Assembly: GCA_963575745.1 (NCBI GenBank)
Contig: CAUYUJ010000087.1
Coordinates: forward strand, 1-64,000
Length of the DNA: 64,000 nucleotides
DNA from: Prorocentrum cordatum
Taxonomy: Eukaryota
Direction: 5' to 3'
The translations under genes and the position numbers were made by a program. This document shows, one piece after another, positions 1-11,490 of this stretch (positions within the stretch are counted from its first letter, which is position 1; each line of letters opens with the position of its first letter). The notes below the pieces were generated by a model. The model saw nothing but the letters and a program-made list of their open reading frames with translations, ran no database searches and was not told the origin of the DNA.

Positions 1-700
1 CCCCCCCCCCCTACATGCATGTCTCGTTAGCAGCGCCGCCCTCTGACACTTGTATTTCTCCTTTTCCTTAGCCCCTCGCTGAACCAAGTCCGTTGCGCCT
101 GAGGTCCTGCAATTTCACTGCCACCTGCCCCTTGCATGGAAAATGTTCCCCAGCTTCTGCGTTAGCAGCGCTGTTCGTCATGCGTCATAAACCGCGGAAC
201 GCAGGCGGCGGCGCCTGGCCCCCCCTCAGATTTTCTCGATGTTAGTAGATCGCATGGCAAATCCGATTTTATCCTCTTTGGTGGCAGCGGCGGCTGATGC
301 ATTTTGGTTTGTTTTCCCCATTCCAAAGCAACGTCCGTTACCATCCATATCCTGTGTCCTACGTCGTTGAACATCCAACGCCACCATTATTTATCGATTC
401 TCGCGTCCAGCCTTCGCTGTCTTTCGCAACTGAACTTGCCACCATCATCTTCCCATTGCGTCCTCCTACGTCCTTTATCATGTATCTCCTCGACATATCA
501 TATGTCGTTTTCGTTGCATCGCTCGCCCGACATCATCTCCCATTATCTTCCTGCATCATCTTCCAACATCATCTTCCAACATCCAGCGCGTGCTCCACCT
601 ACCACCACCATTACCATGATATCAATGATCATCAGTGACTTCCGGTTCTTCCCCCCTGTGCCCCACCTACCACCACCACCACCACGATATCAATAATCAT

Positions 701-948
701 CAGTAACTTCCGGTTCCCCCCCCCCCCGGGGGGGGGGGGGCGAGAACTGCAACCTCCGAGGTTGCAGTGCTTGAAGGGGCGGACCTCGCGAGGATGGCCG
801 AAGTTCCGGGTCTTCCCCCCCCCGCACCCCCCCGGGGGGGGAAGCCATGGAACTTTGGGCATCCTCGAAAGCTCTACCCCAGCAAGCACGGCAACCTCCG
901 AGGTCGCAGTCCCCCCCCCCCCGGGGGGGGGGGAACTGGAAGTCACTG
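701..948. repeat. Imperfect inverted repeat with internal C(n)G(n) palindromes
   Basis: 701 CAGTAACTTCCGGTTCCC.. is the near reverse complement of 931-948 GGGAACTGGAAGTCACTG; both arms carry a C-run/G-run palindrome and a GCAACCTCCGAGGT(T/C)GC hairpin. Confidence 0.8.
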
Positions 949-1057
949 TAGCGTATGTTGAGCAATTTCTCCTTAACGTTTGCTACAGCATCTGCGACAC
1001 TCGGGGTAAAACTTCGCCGCCACGTCGGCTGCTGGGCGCCGACATGCGTTTTGGGAG

Positions 1058-1100
1058 CGGAGCAACCACTGCAACCTCCGAGGTTGCAGTGGTTGCTCCG
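1058..1100. repeat. Perfect 20-bp-stem hairpin
   Basis: CGGAGCAACCACTGCAACCT-CCG-AGGTTGCAGTGGTTGCTCCG. Confidence 0.9.
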
Positions 1101-1105
1101 GCAGC

Positions 1106-1255
1106 AACTTCCGGTTCTTGCTCTTTTTGGGGCGACTTCCGGTTCTTGCTATCTGGAGAACTTCCGGTTCTTGCCCTTTTGGGGGGCGACTTCCGGATCT
1201 TGCTATCTGGAGAACTTCCGGTTCTTACCCTTTTGGGGGGACTTCCGGTTCTTGG
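1106..1255. repeat. Tandem ACTTCCGGTTCTT units (about 54-bp higher-order period)
   Basis: Six copies of ACTTCCGG(T/A)TCTT; further copies near 638 and 706. Confidence 0.85.
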
Positions 1256-1439
1256 TCCCAAGCACGATCCCTCCTGAGGAGAGCTTTCAGTTTAGCCCTT
1301 CCTCGCCGCCTCCTCCCCTGGGGCCTGCCTGCCGGCCTGCTTCTGCTTTCATTTTGCTCAAGCCTGGCGTCTTTTGCTGTCGGCCCTGCTGCGCGAGGCA
1401 AGCAGACTCGCGCGTTTTCGGGGCTGCAGTTGGCGACGT

Positions 1440-2330
1440 CCTGAATTTATTCTGCACGCGAGATTTGGGCGTGGTGGAAGTATGGGCAGGCAGAAAGGCT
1501 GCAACGAGTGCTGCTCGCGGAAAGGGGCTAAAGTGCGAGACCGTGGATAAAGAGGATGGGCTTGACCAGGACCTGACAACCGAGACAGGGTTCTGGGCAG
1601 CAGCAAGGCTGATCATGCGGCTAAAAGTCGGCGGCCTCCTGATCATGGCACCAGTGTGCTCGTCATTTACATTTGCAAATTCCGCGATGACGCGTCGCGC
1701 TAATAAGGCCCCTGAAGGCGACTGCACTTACGCACCAGCGCGGGATGGGAACCACATGGTGCTGGTTGCTGCGTTTTTTTCTCATCGCATTTGAACGCGA
1801 CATATATGCATTTTGGGAGAACCCGTTGAATTCTTTCATGTGGAAGCAGCCGTGCGTGATTTCTGCATGGGACTATCTAGGAAGCCGGGCTTCTGCTGCC
1901 GCACGGTAGGCGGGTGCAGTGTCCGAAAATTAGGGGGGGGACCAGGTGGAGGGAGACCCCAGGACCATTACGCTCCTTATTCACGCGCCCACCCATGCGC
2001 CGCGCAAGGGCAGGCGGACCTTTCCGCGCACAATGCAGCGCATTGTGGCGTGTTTCATAATTGCCGTCTCTCTACAAAACGCAAAGGGTTGCGATGTTTC
2101 AAGCCTTTCCGTATATATGCCAATGGACCCATGGGTCAAGCTTCCTGGACGACGCCCTTGGAATTTAAATGCAATTGTGGCGCTAAAACAGGAAGGAAGC
2201 CGGCGCATGTTCTGCTCATGAAGAAAGAAACAGATGGCCGCTGGAGCGGAACAAAAGAACTCAAGAGTTCCCAGACATACACACCCCGGCTTGACCGCGC
2301 AATCGTGTCTGCCTGGCAGGATGCATTATT
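1440..2330 (+). pseudogene. C5-cytosine DNA methyltransferase-like gene, frameshifted, probably with short introns
   Basis: Motifs in order: I-like VVEVWAG (1471-1491), IV APVCSSF with catalytic Cys (1648-1668), VI WENP (1814-1825, reached after a shift in the T7 run at 1774-1780), VIII-like KPFRIY (2101-2118), X-like SQTYTPRLDRAI (about 2270-2305). Confidence 0.7.
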
Positions 2331-2608
2331 GGCGCCGGCTGTTCCTCGTCCTCCTGCGCAGCCGCAGAGTTTGCGGGTGCCAGACAATATGTTATCGTTG
2401 CAGGGGCTAAGCAGGCAGGCCAAGAAGACGAAGTTTAGCATGGATTGGCAGAATCGGAGCTGCGCGCTGGGCGCAGCGAAGGCCGACGGCCAGACTGGCG
2501 CAGCATCTTCGTCAAGTTGTTGGGGCTGCCGGCAAGGAACAGCAGCAGCTGCAGCTGCGCCCGCTGCTGCTGCTGCTACAGCAGCTGCTGCCGCAAGTTT
2601 CCAAGGAG

Positions 2609-4690
2609 ATGAAGAAGGTCGTCACCAAGCTGGAGGAGATCTGGACAGACAGGCTCCGCATCGACCCGGCTGCGCTGTCGTCGCAAGAACGCGTTGCAGA
2701 CTGGTTCAAGAAGACGTACAACACAACGGCTCTCATGGGGGACTTGAACAAGAAGATATACAACGTCGTCGGCATGCCCCGTCAGGGGCTAAACGGGGAG
2801 GTCCCTGATGGCCCAGCCGATGGTCTGATGTTCCACCTCACTCAGTTCCACATGGGCCCCAAACTCACAGCGAAGGGGATGTCCAGGACTGAGACTGGGC
2901 AGGGCGAGTAATTTAACGAGGAATGCAAGGACGATCACGATAAGGAAGGAAGAGGGGAATGATTCCCCCAACATTGCCTTGAACTTCCATTGAAGAAACC
3001 CGTGGGGAAGGGGGGATCGAGGGGGCGGATTTGGGATTTCCACAAGGATGACAGACGTCATGGAGCGGATGACGCTCCTTTTCCCAGATGGCGCTAAAAC
3101 CGCATCAGAGAAGGTCCATGTGTTCTTTGATGCAGAGCAGACGCCTGGCGCTAATCTCAAGGAGAACACCGTCCGCACGAAGCTTGGGATGGCTCGCGTC
3201 CTGGCCTGTTTCATGGTGGCTGTGCCAGCAGCAGAGGGGTGGCTTACGGCGGCGGAGGTGGACGGCATCCGGCCGGTGCTACACACGTTCGCAGTGATCC
3301 ATGCATCTTGGGACAATCAGCGCAGCTCGTCGGGGCTATTCGCTGCCATCGCAGCGAAGCATGGCCGGGGCTTGACGCAGCGGTTGGACCCAGACTTGCT
3401 GCTCGACATGTTGGGCCCCATCGCAGCGGAGTTGAAGGCGAAAGATGCGAATTTGGTGCTAACGGACGCGGAGTGGATGGATCGGGTCATCAATCATTAC
3501 AACGACAGCCAGGTGGCGACGGGGCTAAAAATCTCGGCCCAAGAACGCGCTGCGGCACACACCCTGAGCCGCTGTGGTGCGGAGGCTCGTGGACTTGTCC
3601 GGTCTTGCTGGAACATTTTCAAGGTGGCTGAGTCCCCAATCACGCTGGACATGCTGACTGGCCCCAGTGGCAGTACTACAGTTGAGTTCGGCAGCAGCAT
3701 GGTCAGCGAGTTGCCACAGGGCGTGGACGATGTGGAGTGGAAGTCGGCGCTAACCCTCAGCTTGCCAGGGTTTACCTTGTGGCTGCACCGCTCCCGTGAG
3801 TATTTCCTAGCGAAATACGCCATCCTTCGCAACACTCGCAAGAAGGGCCAGGTCAACCTCCGCCAATTTTGCAAGGAACTGCGCGAACCGGGACAGCAGA
3901 CGAAGGCGTCCATGGCGCTCTGCCACTGGTGGGCATACAATGATTCAGGGCCAAAGTCATGGGCCACTGATAAAAACTATTTGACTCGCCCCCTGGACGG
4001 AGACATGAGGAGGGGGAGGAACCTGCATGGGGCGGAAATTTAAGAGGGCCCCTGAATTTCTTGGTTATCCAAATGTGGTTGTTGCGTGCTTCAGGTGGAT
4101 GCGTTATTAAGTTCTAGCTCCTGGCACATTTTGGATTTAAAATTTTTCTGCGCTTCGGCATTCGATGGGGGGGCGGAGGAGGAGGAGGAGTAGGGGGAGG
4201 AGGAGGAAGAGGAGGAGGAGGAGAGGCTGCGGGGCCTCCTCTCTGTCGCGGCGCCACGCGTGACGCTGCAACAGAAAGGGGCCTCCTCTCTGTCTCGGCG
4301 TCATGCGCGACGCCGCGACAGAGAGGAGGCCCCGCAACCATCAGCCACAGGTCCTTCCTGGGCCCGGGTACGCACGAGCAGACGAAGCAGCGTTTCCTCC
4401 GGGGGGCTATAGACCAGCTCATCGAAGAACACGTTCGCAAATGCTCGCCTGGTGACTGCGCTGCCTTCGCGAAGATTCCCATTCTCAGTGGCCTGGCCTC
4501 TGGGACAGGCGCCCGCGCCAAGGAGCTTCGCCGTGAGCATTCTGATATCCCTGGGGAATCCCAGGCTGACGGCGCCGACGACCCCCGTGCAAAGAAGGAA
4601 GCAGTTCTGAAGTACAAGAAATTCATGGCCCATATTGCCAGGGAGGAGTGTACATCTTCGACTTGGGCTAATGCAGTCAAAGGTTTTTGA
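2609..4690 (+). CDS. Multi-exon hypothetical protein
   Basis: ORFs 2609-2911 and 3048-4043 join in frame (GMSR|MTDV) if a GA..AG intron 2887-3046 is removed; further protein-like frames near 4095-4170 and 4346-4690 (HRSFLGPG..KYKKFMAHIARE). Confidence 0.5.
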
Positions 4691-4928
4691 GAGCAGCTCT
4701 GGATCTCGCGAAAATGAACTGCAAATGGACGCGTTAGGTACAATCCCACCGATATCATGCCCAGGCGCCTGCATGCGCCACGACGCGCGCCCAATCAACG
4801 CGCTCCTCATCGCGCAGTTTGTGGCCCCGCCAACAAAGCGTAGCCCCAATAATGCTGCCGCCTGCCTGCGCGAACAACGAACTCCGGACGTGATTTCTTC
4901 GGCTCAGACTGAATCCAGGCCGGGCGCG

Positions 4929-5878
4929 ATGGCCACTAAGAGATCTCGCGCTGGAGCGAAGGCCCAGACGCCTCGAGGCTCTCGCGCTGGGGAAGCGACG
5001 GCTAATCCTAGAGGCTCTCGTGCTGGAGAGGCGAGGGCCAATCTTCGGACGCCTCGAGGTTCTCGCGCTGAAGAGGCGAGGGCTAATCCTAGAGGCTCTC
5101 GTGCTGGAGAGGCGAGGGCTAATCCTCGGACGCCTCGAGGTTCTCGCGCTGGAGAGGCGAGGGCTAATCCTAGAGGCTCTCGTGCTGGAGAGGCGAGGGC
5201 TAATCCTCGGACGCCTCGAGGTTCTCGCGCTGGAGAGGCGAGGGCTAATCCTCAAAGCTCTCGTGCTGAAGAGGCGAGGGCTAATCCTCGGACGCCTCGA
5301 GGTCCTCGCGCTGGAGAGGCGAGGGCTAATCCTCAAAGCTCTCGCGCTGAAAAGGCGAGGGCTAATCCTCGGACGCCTCGAGGTTCTCGTGCTGGAGAGG
5401 CGAGGGCTAATCCTAAAGACTCTCGTGCTGGAGAGGCGAGGGCCAATCTTCGCGCCTCGCGCGCTGGGGAGAAACGGCGGCGGCAGCCAGAGCGCCGCCT
5501 CGAGAAACTCCGGCCACCCTGCATCCCGCTGCCACGGGACCTCTGGGCAGCTGGGTGGCATGTGTGGTTTCGGCCCTCGTCGAGTTCAGCGACTGTGACG
5601 AAGCACGATGCGATGGCGCGACGCTTGGGGCGCGTTTAGAGCTTTGGACGTCTACGCACTGGAGCACGCATCAGCGTATGTCCTCGAGGGCCGCGGGACA
5701 AGCCCGGCGGAAACTTAGCCCTGAATACAGGAGCAAGTTGATTTTGGAGCTGGATGTCAACGCGAGGCGAGAGGCGATGCGACAACGCGGAGCAGGATTT
5801 GCAATGGCTCTAATTCCCAGCGGGTTTGCCACCTGCGACGAAGAGGAACTGGTGGCCACCTTCGCGCTGGAACATTGA
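4929..5878 (+). CDS. Arg-rich basic repeat protein (GSRAGEARANPR[TPR])n with a frameshifted C-terminal region
   Basis: ATG 4929; alternating 36/45-bp units keep the frame; non-repetitive tail shifts into ORF 5555-5878. Confidence 0.4.
4940..5470. repeat. 36/45-bp minisatellite
   Basis: About 13 copies of (GACGCCTCG)AGGYTCTCGYGCTGGAGAGGCGAGGGCTAATCCT. Confidence 0.9.
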
Positions 5879-6099
5879 GTTGCGCGGCGCGTGGGGGCGC
5901 GCTGGGGCTAAACTGTATATGTGATAAGCGGGTTACTTTGAACTGCCGCATCGACTTGTTTTGAGGAAACCTAAAAAAGAGAAGGATGAGGACGCGATTA
6001 GTAAGTTTGCTCAGTCGCTTCATAGGCCTCTTTAGCTTAACGATGGGAAGAGTAAGCCTAGTATCCTAGGTGTCGAATGCTCGTGGGCTAGGTGCCGAA

Positions 6100-6175
6100 T
6101 AGCACGGTTAGACTTTGGATGGGGCCCGCGGAGCTCAAGGTGCCCTGCGTCCCGGTGCTATCGGCCAAGGACCGT

Positions 6176-6209
<34 letters not shown>

Positions 6210-7340
6210 ACTCGCCCCGCCCCCACTTTGCCCAGAGCGGCGGCGAGCCGCGACTCTGGATTCACGCGGGGCGCTGCTGGGCCCACGGGTTCGGGACCTC
6301 CCGCGGATGCACGAGGGACTCTTGCATCCCGGTGCTGTCCAGCATGGGCCGTCGGCCGCACGGGCGCGCGTCCTCCTACGGGGGCTCAGGGTACTCTTGC
6401 ATCCCGATGCTGTCTGACCAGGGCCGTCTGCCGCCACCCTTCGTGGGTGCTTCGTCTTCACCCCGCCCAGTGCGGCGGTTTCCGCGACCTTGGATTCACG
6501 CGGGGAGCAGCTGGGACTACGGGCACGGCACCTCCTCCCATTCTTCAGCAGCGGTCAGCGGCTCCCTGGGGTCCACAACACCACACCCCCCCATGGATGC
6601 GTCGGGCTTCGGGGTGGCAGCACCGCCCCCGGCGCGTCGGTCCACTGGCTGCTGGCTGCCCACCCTGAACCGCACCAGCAGTGGGAGATCGGCCGTTCGG
6701 CATCACTCTCCTCTCAGCGGCGGCTTGCTGCGCCCCCGGATGCCCCTCAGGGATGGCGGCCGTGCCCCCAGACAGGTGCACCTGGGATCATTTCGGTGCG
6801 CGGTGGCGTCTACCCCGCTAGGGCCCGTGCCTCCCCGCGGGGGCTCTGGGCCCTCTTGCGCCCCAGTGCTGTCTACATGGTCCTCCTGACGCCACCCTTG
6901 CGGGTGCTCCGTCTACACTCTACCCAGAGCGCGTCACCCACAGGCTCACAAACATCAGCGGCGATCAGCTGCGACCCTGGGGGACCACAATGCGACCCTG
7001 GATGCACGCGGGGGGCTGCCGAGACTACTGGCCCGGGGCCTCCCTCGGGGGCTCAAGGTACTCCTGCGCCCCGTGCTGTCGGCCAAGGGCCGTCACTCGC
7101 CACCCCCCCGCGCGCGCTCCGTCTTCACTCCACCCAGGGCACGCCACCCTCCGCCCACCCCCCGCGCACGCTCGGCGTTTGCCGCGCCCCGCGGTCCACG
7201 CGGGGAGCTGCAGAGGCTTCGAGCGCGAGACATCCCGCGGGGGCATTAGGCACTCCACGCGGGGAGTAGCAGAGACGACAGGCACGAGGCATCCCACGCG
7301 GGCACAGGGCACTCTTGCACCCGGCGCTGTCTGACAAGGG
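6100..7340 (+). repeat. Degenerate internally repeated region carrying the 29-bp element motif
   Basis: Recurring CACGCGGGG(C/A)GCTG and CTCTTGCAYCCCGGYGCTGTC blocks; GCGGCGATCAGCTGCGACCCTGG at 6958, decayed copies near 6240, 6549 and 6718. Confidence 0.6.
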
Positions 7341-7349
7341 CCGTCGTGA

Positions 7350-7776
7350 GGTGCGAGGTGCGAGCTGGACTTTGTGAGCTACAGCGCTGGGATCAGCGCG
7401 TGCGCCAGGGGTGAGCAATGGCAACTCGCACTGTCGCTGCTCAGCGGGATGTCAGAGGTGGCGTTGGAGCGCAACGCTGTCAGCTACACAACAACAAAAA
7501 AAAAAACAAAAAACCCCCGGCCTTGTTGGAGTCAGTGCGTTCTGGAAATCGTGGGAATGGCAACATGCTCCGGCGCTACTCGCCGGCAGGGTGGGAAGCG
7601 GAAGCTTTTTTTTTGAATTTTTATTTTTAAGTGTTGTTTGTTTTTTGTTTGTGGTTTTTTTGTGGTGGTTAGGGGTGTGTGGTTTTATGTTTATTTTTTT
7701 GTTTTGTGGGGTAACGTGGGAAATTTTTTTTTTTTATGTTTTTATTTTTGTATTTAAGTTTTTTTTAATTGTAAGT

Positions 7777-7816
<40 letters not shown>

Positions 7817-8570
7817 TTTGTTAATTTTAATTGTTTTTTTTTTTTATTTATTGTTAATTTATTTTTTTAAGTTGGAGCCACTCTCATCAGTAAAATTGCA
7901 GCGCTGGGATCAGGTGCGAGAAGGGTGGGCACTGGCAGCAGGCCCAGTCGCTGCCCAGCAAAATGCGGCAGGCGGCTTTGGAGCCCAACGTGATCAGTTA
8001 CAGCAGTGGGATCAGAGTGTGCGTGACAGGCGGACAATGGCAGCAGGCACTGCCCCTGCTGGGCGGGTGTTGCGCCGCGAAGTCGGAGACAGACGCCATC
8101 GGTACAACGTTGCGATCAGCGCGTGCGACACAGGCGGCCAGTGGCAGATGGCACTGTCGCTGCTCTGCGAGAGTCGAGAGGCTAAATTTGGCCAGGCGTC
8201 ATCAGATGCATCGCTGGCAATAGCACGTGCGAGAAAGGTATCAGTGGCCTCAGGCTCTACGCCCGTTCCGCGAGTGTCCAGCGTGAAACTGGACACCAAC
8301 AGAATCAGCTACAACGCCGGGGTCGGGCACTGGCATCGGCTCTGTCGCTGCGCAGCGAGTGGTGGAAGGCGGCGCTGCAGCCAGCTTTCAGCTACATTCC
8401 CGAGTTCAGCGAGTGTGGGAAGGTCGGGCAGTGGGCGCAGGCTCTGTCGCTCCTCAGCGAATGCGAGGGGCAAAGTTTCTGGGCCGGACGTCATCAGCTA
8501 CAGCGCTGGGTGCAGCGCGTGTGGCGGAGGCTGGAAGTGGCATCGCACGCTGCTCTTTCACAGAGGACTG
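7350..8570 (+). pseudogene. Degenerate pentatricopeptide-repeat (PPR) gene fragment
   Basis: SYSAGISACARGEQWQLALSLL, EPNVISYSSGI..GGQWQQAL, YNVAISACDTGGQWQMALSLL, PDVISYSAGCSAC spread over several frames. Confidence 0.85.
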
Positions 8571-8649
8571 CGGCAAGCCTTTCCTCGCCGCCAGGCAGGC
8601 GGGGGGGATGCTGCGGCCCACTTCCTGCCCTGTGGCAGGAAGTGAGCCA

Positions 8650-10502
8650 CGCCCCCCCCCCCGACTGCCTGGCGGTGAGCGCGACCTTGCCTGGTCACAT
8701 CTCTGCCAAGTAATACTGACTCTAGCGGCGATCAGCTGCGACCCCCGAGGACCAATACCAACCATCCCCGCTGAGGCATCGCTCTCCGCAGGAACGGACC
8801 AGCACTCAGCGCGGCCCGAGGTCCGCGGAGAGGCCCCCACCCGCCCCTCGGCGCCATAACCTTCGAAGGACCCACCCAATATTTCACTGACCTGAGCGGC
8901 GATCAGCTGCGACCCTGGATGACCAACCACTTCCCCTATCCCACGGGCGCGGGGGCCTGACCGAGGAGAGGGGCGGCTCTCCCCCCGCCTCTCTCCTCGG
9001 GGGCCCGGCGGGTGCCCCCCGCTCTTGGCCCCGGGGGCCGCCGACGCACTGTCCGACGTTGGCGGCGTCGCCCCCCCCCTGGGCCGCCCGCGCCCACCGC
9101 TGTACGTGGTTTGTTTCTTCACTCCCAGCGGCGGTCAGCTGCGACCCTGGAGGACCACGCGGTGGTCGTTGACGTTCCAGGGGCCTGGGTGGCAGTGTTA
9201 GCGGCGGGCTTGGCTTGACTTTGCGTCCGACGGCCCTCTTGTCTTCCACTGCGCAGCCCCCCCCCAGGCACACCGCCCTGAGACAACAGCACGCCCCGCC
9301 CGTTCCGGCGCCGCGCGCCCCGCGAGGTACAGCTCAACTTGTGCTCGCGGGGACCCACCCGCTCTGGCCCGGGTCGCCGTCACGGCACCACCACTTCCAG
9401 TGCACTCCATCTTTCTTTCCTCGCTGGCGACGCTCACCGCGCCAGCGGGTCCCCCCCCGCTCAGCGGCCGCCGCGCCGGCACGCGCTGGATGGCTCACAG
9501 TCGCTCGGTCACCCCCTGGCACTGTGACGTGGTCTGACTGGGGTTCGCCATGGCGCAGAGTGGTTCAGCCTTCCGCAGCAGGTGCAGTCCTACAGGCCCA
9601 CCTTCAGCCTCCCCAGCTTACTCTTCTCCGCTGGCGATGCTCACCACGCCAGCTGGTCTTCCCCCTTCACTCAGAGGCCTGACGCCGTGCCGACACGCAC
9701 TGCGTGGCTCACAGTCGCTTGGTTCCCCCTTGCACTGTGGGGTGGTCTGACGGGTGTTGGCATCGCCACGGAGTGGTTCAGCCTTCCGCAGCAGCTACAG
9801 CACCCCAGGCTCACCATCAGCTTTTTCCCAGTTGCGTGGCATCACGGTTTGCGACAGCTCAGCCCCCGTTGGCTAGCTCACGTCGTCATGGCGTTTGGAG
9901 CGCCCCACCGGCGACTCACTCCACTGGCCTCCCATTTGCCCCCACTCAGATTGACGGACTTGGTTATCCTGGTTCACGTCTCATACTGTGGCAGGCACTG
10001 AATTCCATGACATGTTGTCTGTACACGTGCTCGAGCTCTCAGAATACCCCTGCCGTCAGCTCCCCTTCAGCTTCGCGGCTGTTTTGTGAGCGGGCGGGCC
10101 AGCCTGTGCCTGTTGTAGCTAATTAGCCTCGCTCGTGCCCCGGACTTTGCTTCTCGCCGCCTGACCTTTGTCTCGCGGCCGCGACCGAAATAAGTATGCC
10201 CACCAGCCTTCGGCAAGCTCTTCGGTAGCTGCTCCCAGGCTGGGTGGCACTGCTGTACCTCCTTCCGCCTGCTGCCGCTTGCACTGTTTTTGGCTTCGCT
10301 ACGGGCGCGGCCCGCCCTAGCACGCTCGGCGTTCGACTCGTTTCGCGCGCCCGCGGACCAAAAGTATGCCCACCAGCTTTACGGCGCGGCCCGCCCTAGC
10401 TTGCTCGACGTTCGACTTGGCTGTGCGCGCCCGCGCACTAAAAAATTACGCCCACCAGCCCATCCAAAAGCAGTCACCGGGCGAGCTGCCCTGATCAAGG
10501 AC
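8650..10502 (+). mobile_element. 5'-truncated 3'-terminal copy (~1.85 kb) of the element at 33390-46162
   Basis: Collinear similarity with 44265-46162, including three 29-bp motifs and the terminus CCCACCAGCCCATCCA..GGCGAG..TGATCA. Confidence 0.8.
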
Positions 10503-10514
10503 GCTTAGCAACAT

Positions 10515-11100
10515 GCAGCCACGCTCTGGGAGCCTCTTGGGGCCTTCTTGGAGCCATGTCGGAGGCCTTCGGGGCTCTTTCGGGCCATCTTGGAGCTTTC
10601 TTGGAGCCATCTCGGAGGCCTTCGGTGCTCTCTTGAGGCCCTCTTTGAGGCCACCGGTCAAAGAAGGAGGAGTTCTGACTTACGGTCCCCCAGTTGCGTT
10701 CTTGAGGCCGTCGTTGGCCTTTCTTGGGCGATTTTTGAAGCCCCAAGAGACAAGCGGAAGCGAAAAGGCAAGAAGGCGAGAAAGCAAAACGCGTCGATAC
10801 CCCCTAGGCTTGGGAAGTATTCGGGCCTTTCGGGGGGGTCCTTGGGAGGCTCCGTGGCCACCTGGGGCCGTCTTAGGGGCGGTCGTGGCACCTCTTGGGG
10901 GGCCATGATGGAAGCTATCCTAAACCACCTTGCACTATCGTGTGTGATCTTGGAGGCAATATTGGCTCATTCGGGCCCTGCTGGGGCCAGATTGAGCATA
11001 TTGGACGTTCGGACATCTCGCGGCGCGCCCCGCCGTCCCCCCTCCCCCCAGACCCAAGGAGAAGGAGCAGGGATAGAAGTCAAGACTCCCTCCCCGCCCG
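10515..11100 (+). repeat. CCTCTTGGG-rich interspersed repeat (family D)
   Basis: Degenerate 10-11 bp TCTTGG units with an internal GAAGCGAAAAGGC block shared with other copies. Confidence 0.7.
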
Positions 11101-11217
11101 CAAGCTGTCCCGCTCACTCCCGCCCGCCCTCCCAGCACGTCCGTAGCACCCGAGTCTGGCCCGAGCCTCAGCATATTGAGCAGTCGTCGTTGGATGGGCA
11201 GCCACTGGGGGCCAATC

Positions 11218-11312
11218 CGCCGCCGCCGCGCCGCCCGCCGCCACCGCCGCCGCCGCCGCCGCCGCAGCCGATGCCGCCGCCGCCGCAGCCGCCGCAGCCG
11301 CCGCCGCCGTCG
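11218..11312. repeat. (CCG)n microsatellite
   Basis: Direct reading. Confidence 0.9.
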
Positions 11313-11399
11313 CGCAGGGATGGCGGGGTGAGGCCGCATCGGGTTGGCTGCGCATGCTCTGAATTTGGAGGCGGAGTGTGTTTTGCGTTGTTGTTTTAG

Positions 11400-11490
11400 A
11401 AGAGATGGTGGGGGGTGCCCGCATTGTCCCTGGTTGGTTCCCAGTCGCTTGGGGGAGGGGGTGTTTATCAATCGGGAACAGTGATTAAGA
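11400..11490 (+). repeat. Short interspersed repeat, related copy at about 13039-13140
   Basis: GATGRTGGGGGG..CATTGT.CCTGGTT..GGGGAGGGGGTGT..AATYGGGAACARTGAT in both places. Confidence 0.6.

Noticed and set aside
983..1261. Minus-strand ORF with SPPKRAR repeats
   Set aside because: It is the antisense reading of the ACTTCCGGTT tandem array; no independent coding evidence
7487..7870. A-rich and T-rich blocks inside the PPR fragment, translating as a hydrophobic ORF
   Set aside because: Looks like low-quality long-read consensus or low-complexity sequence, not a membrane protein
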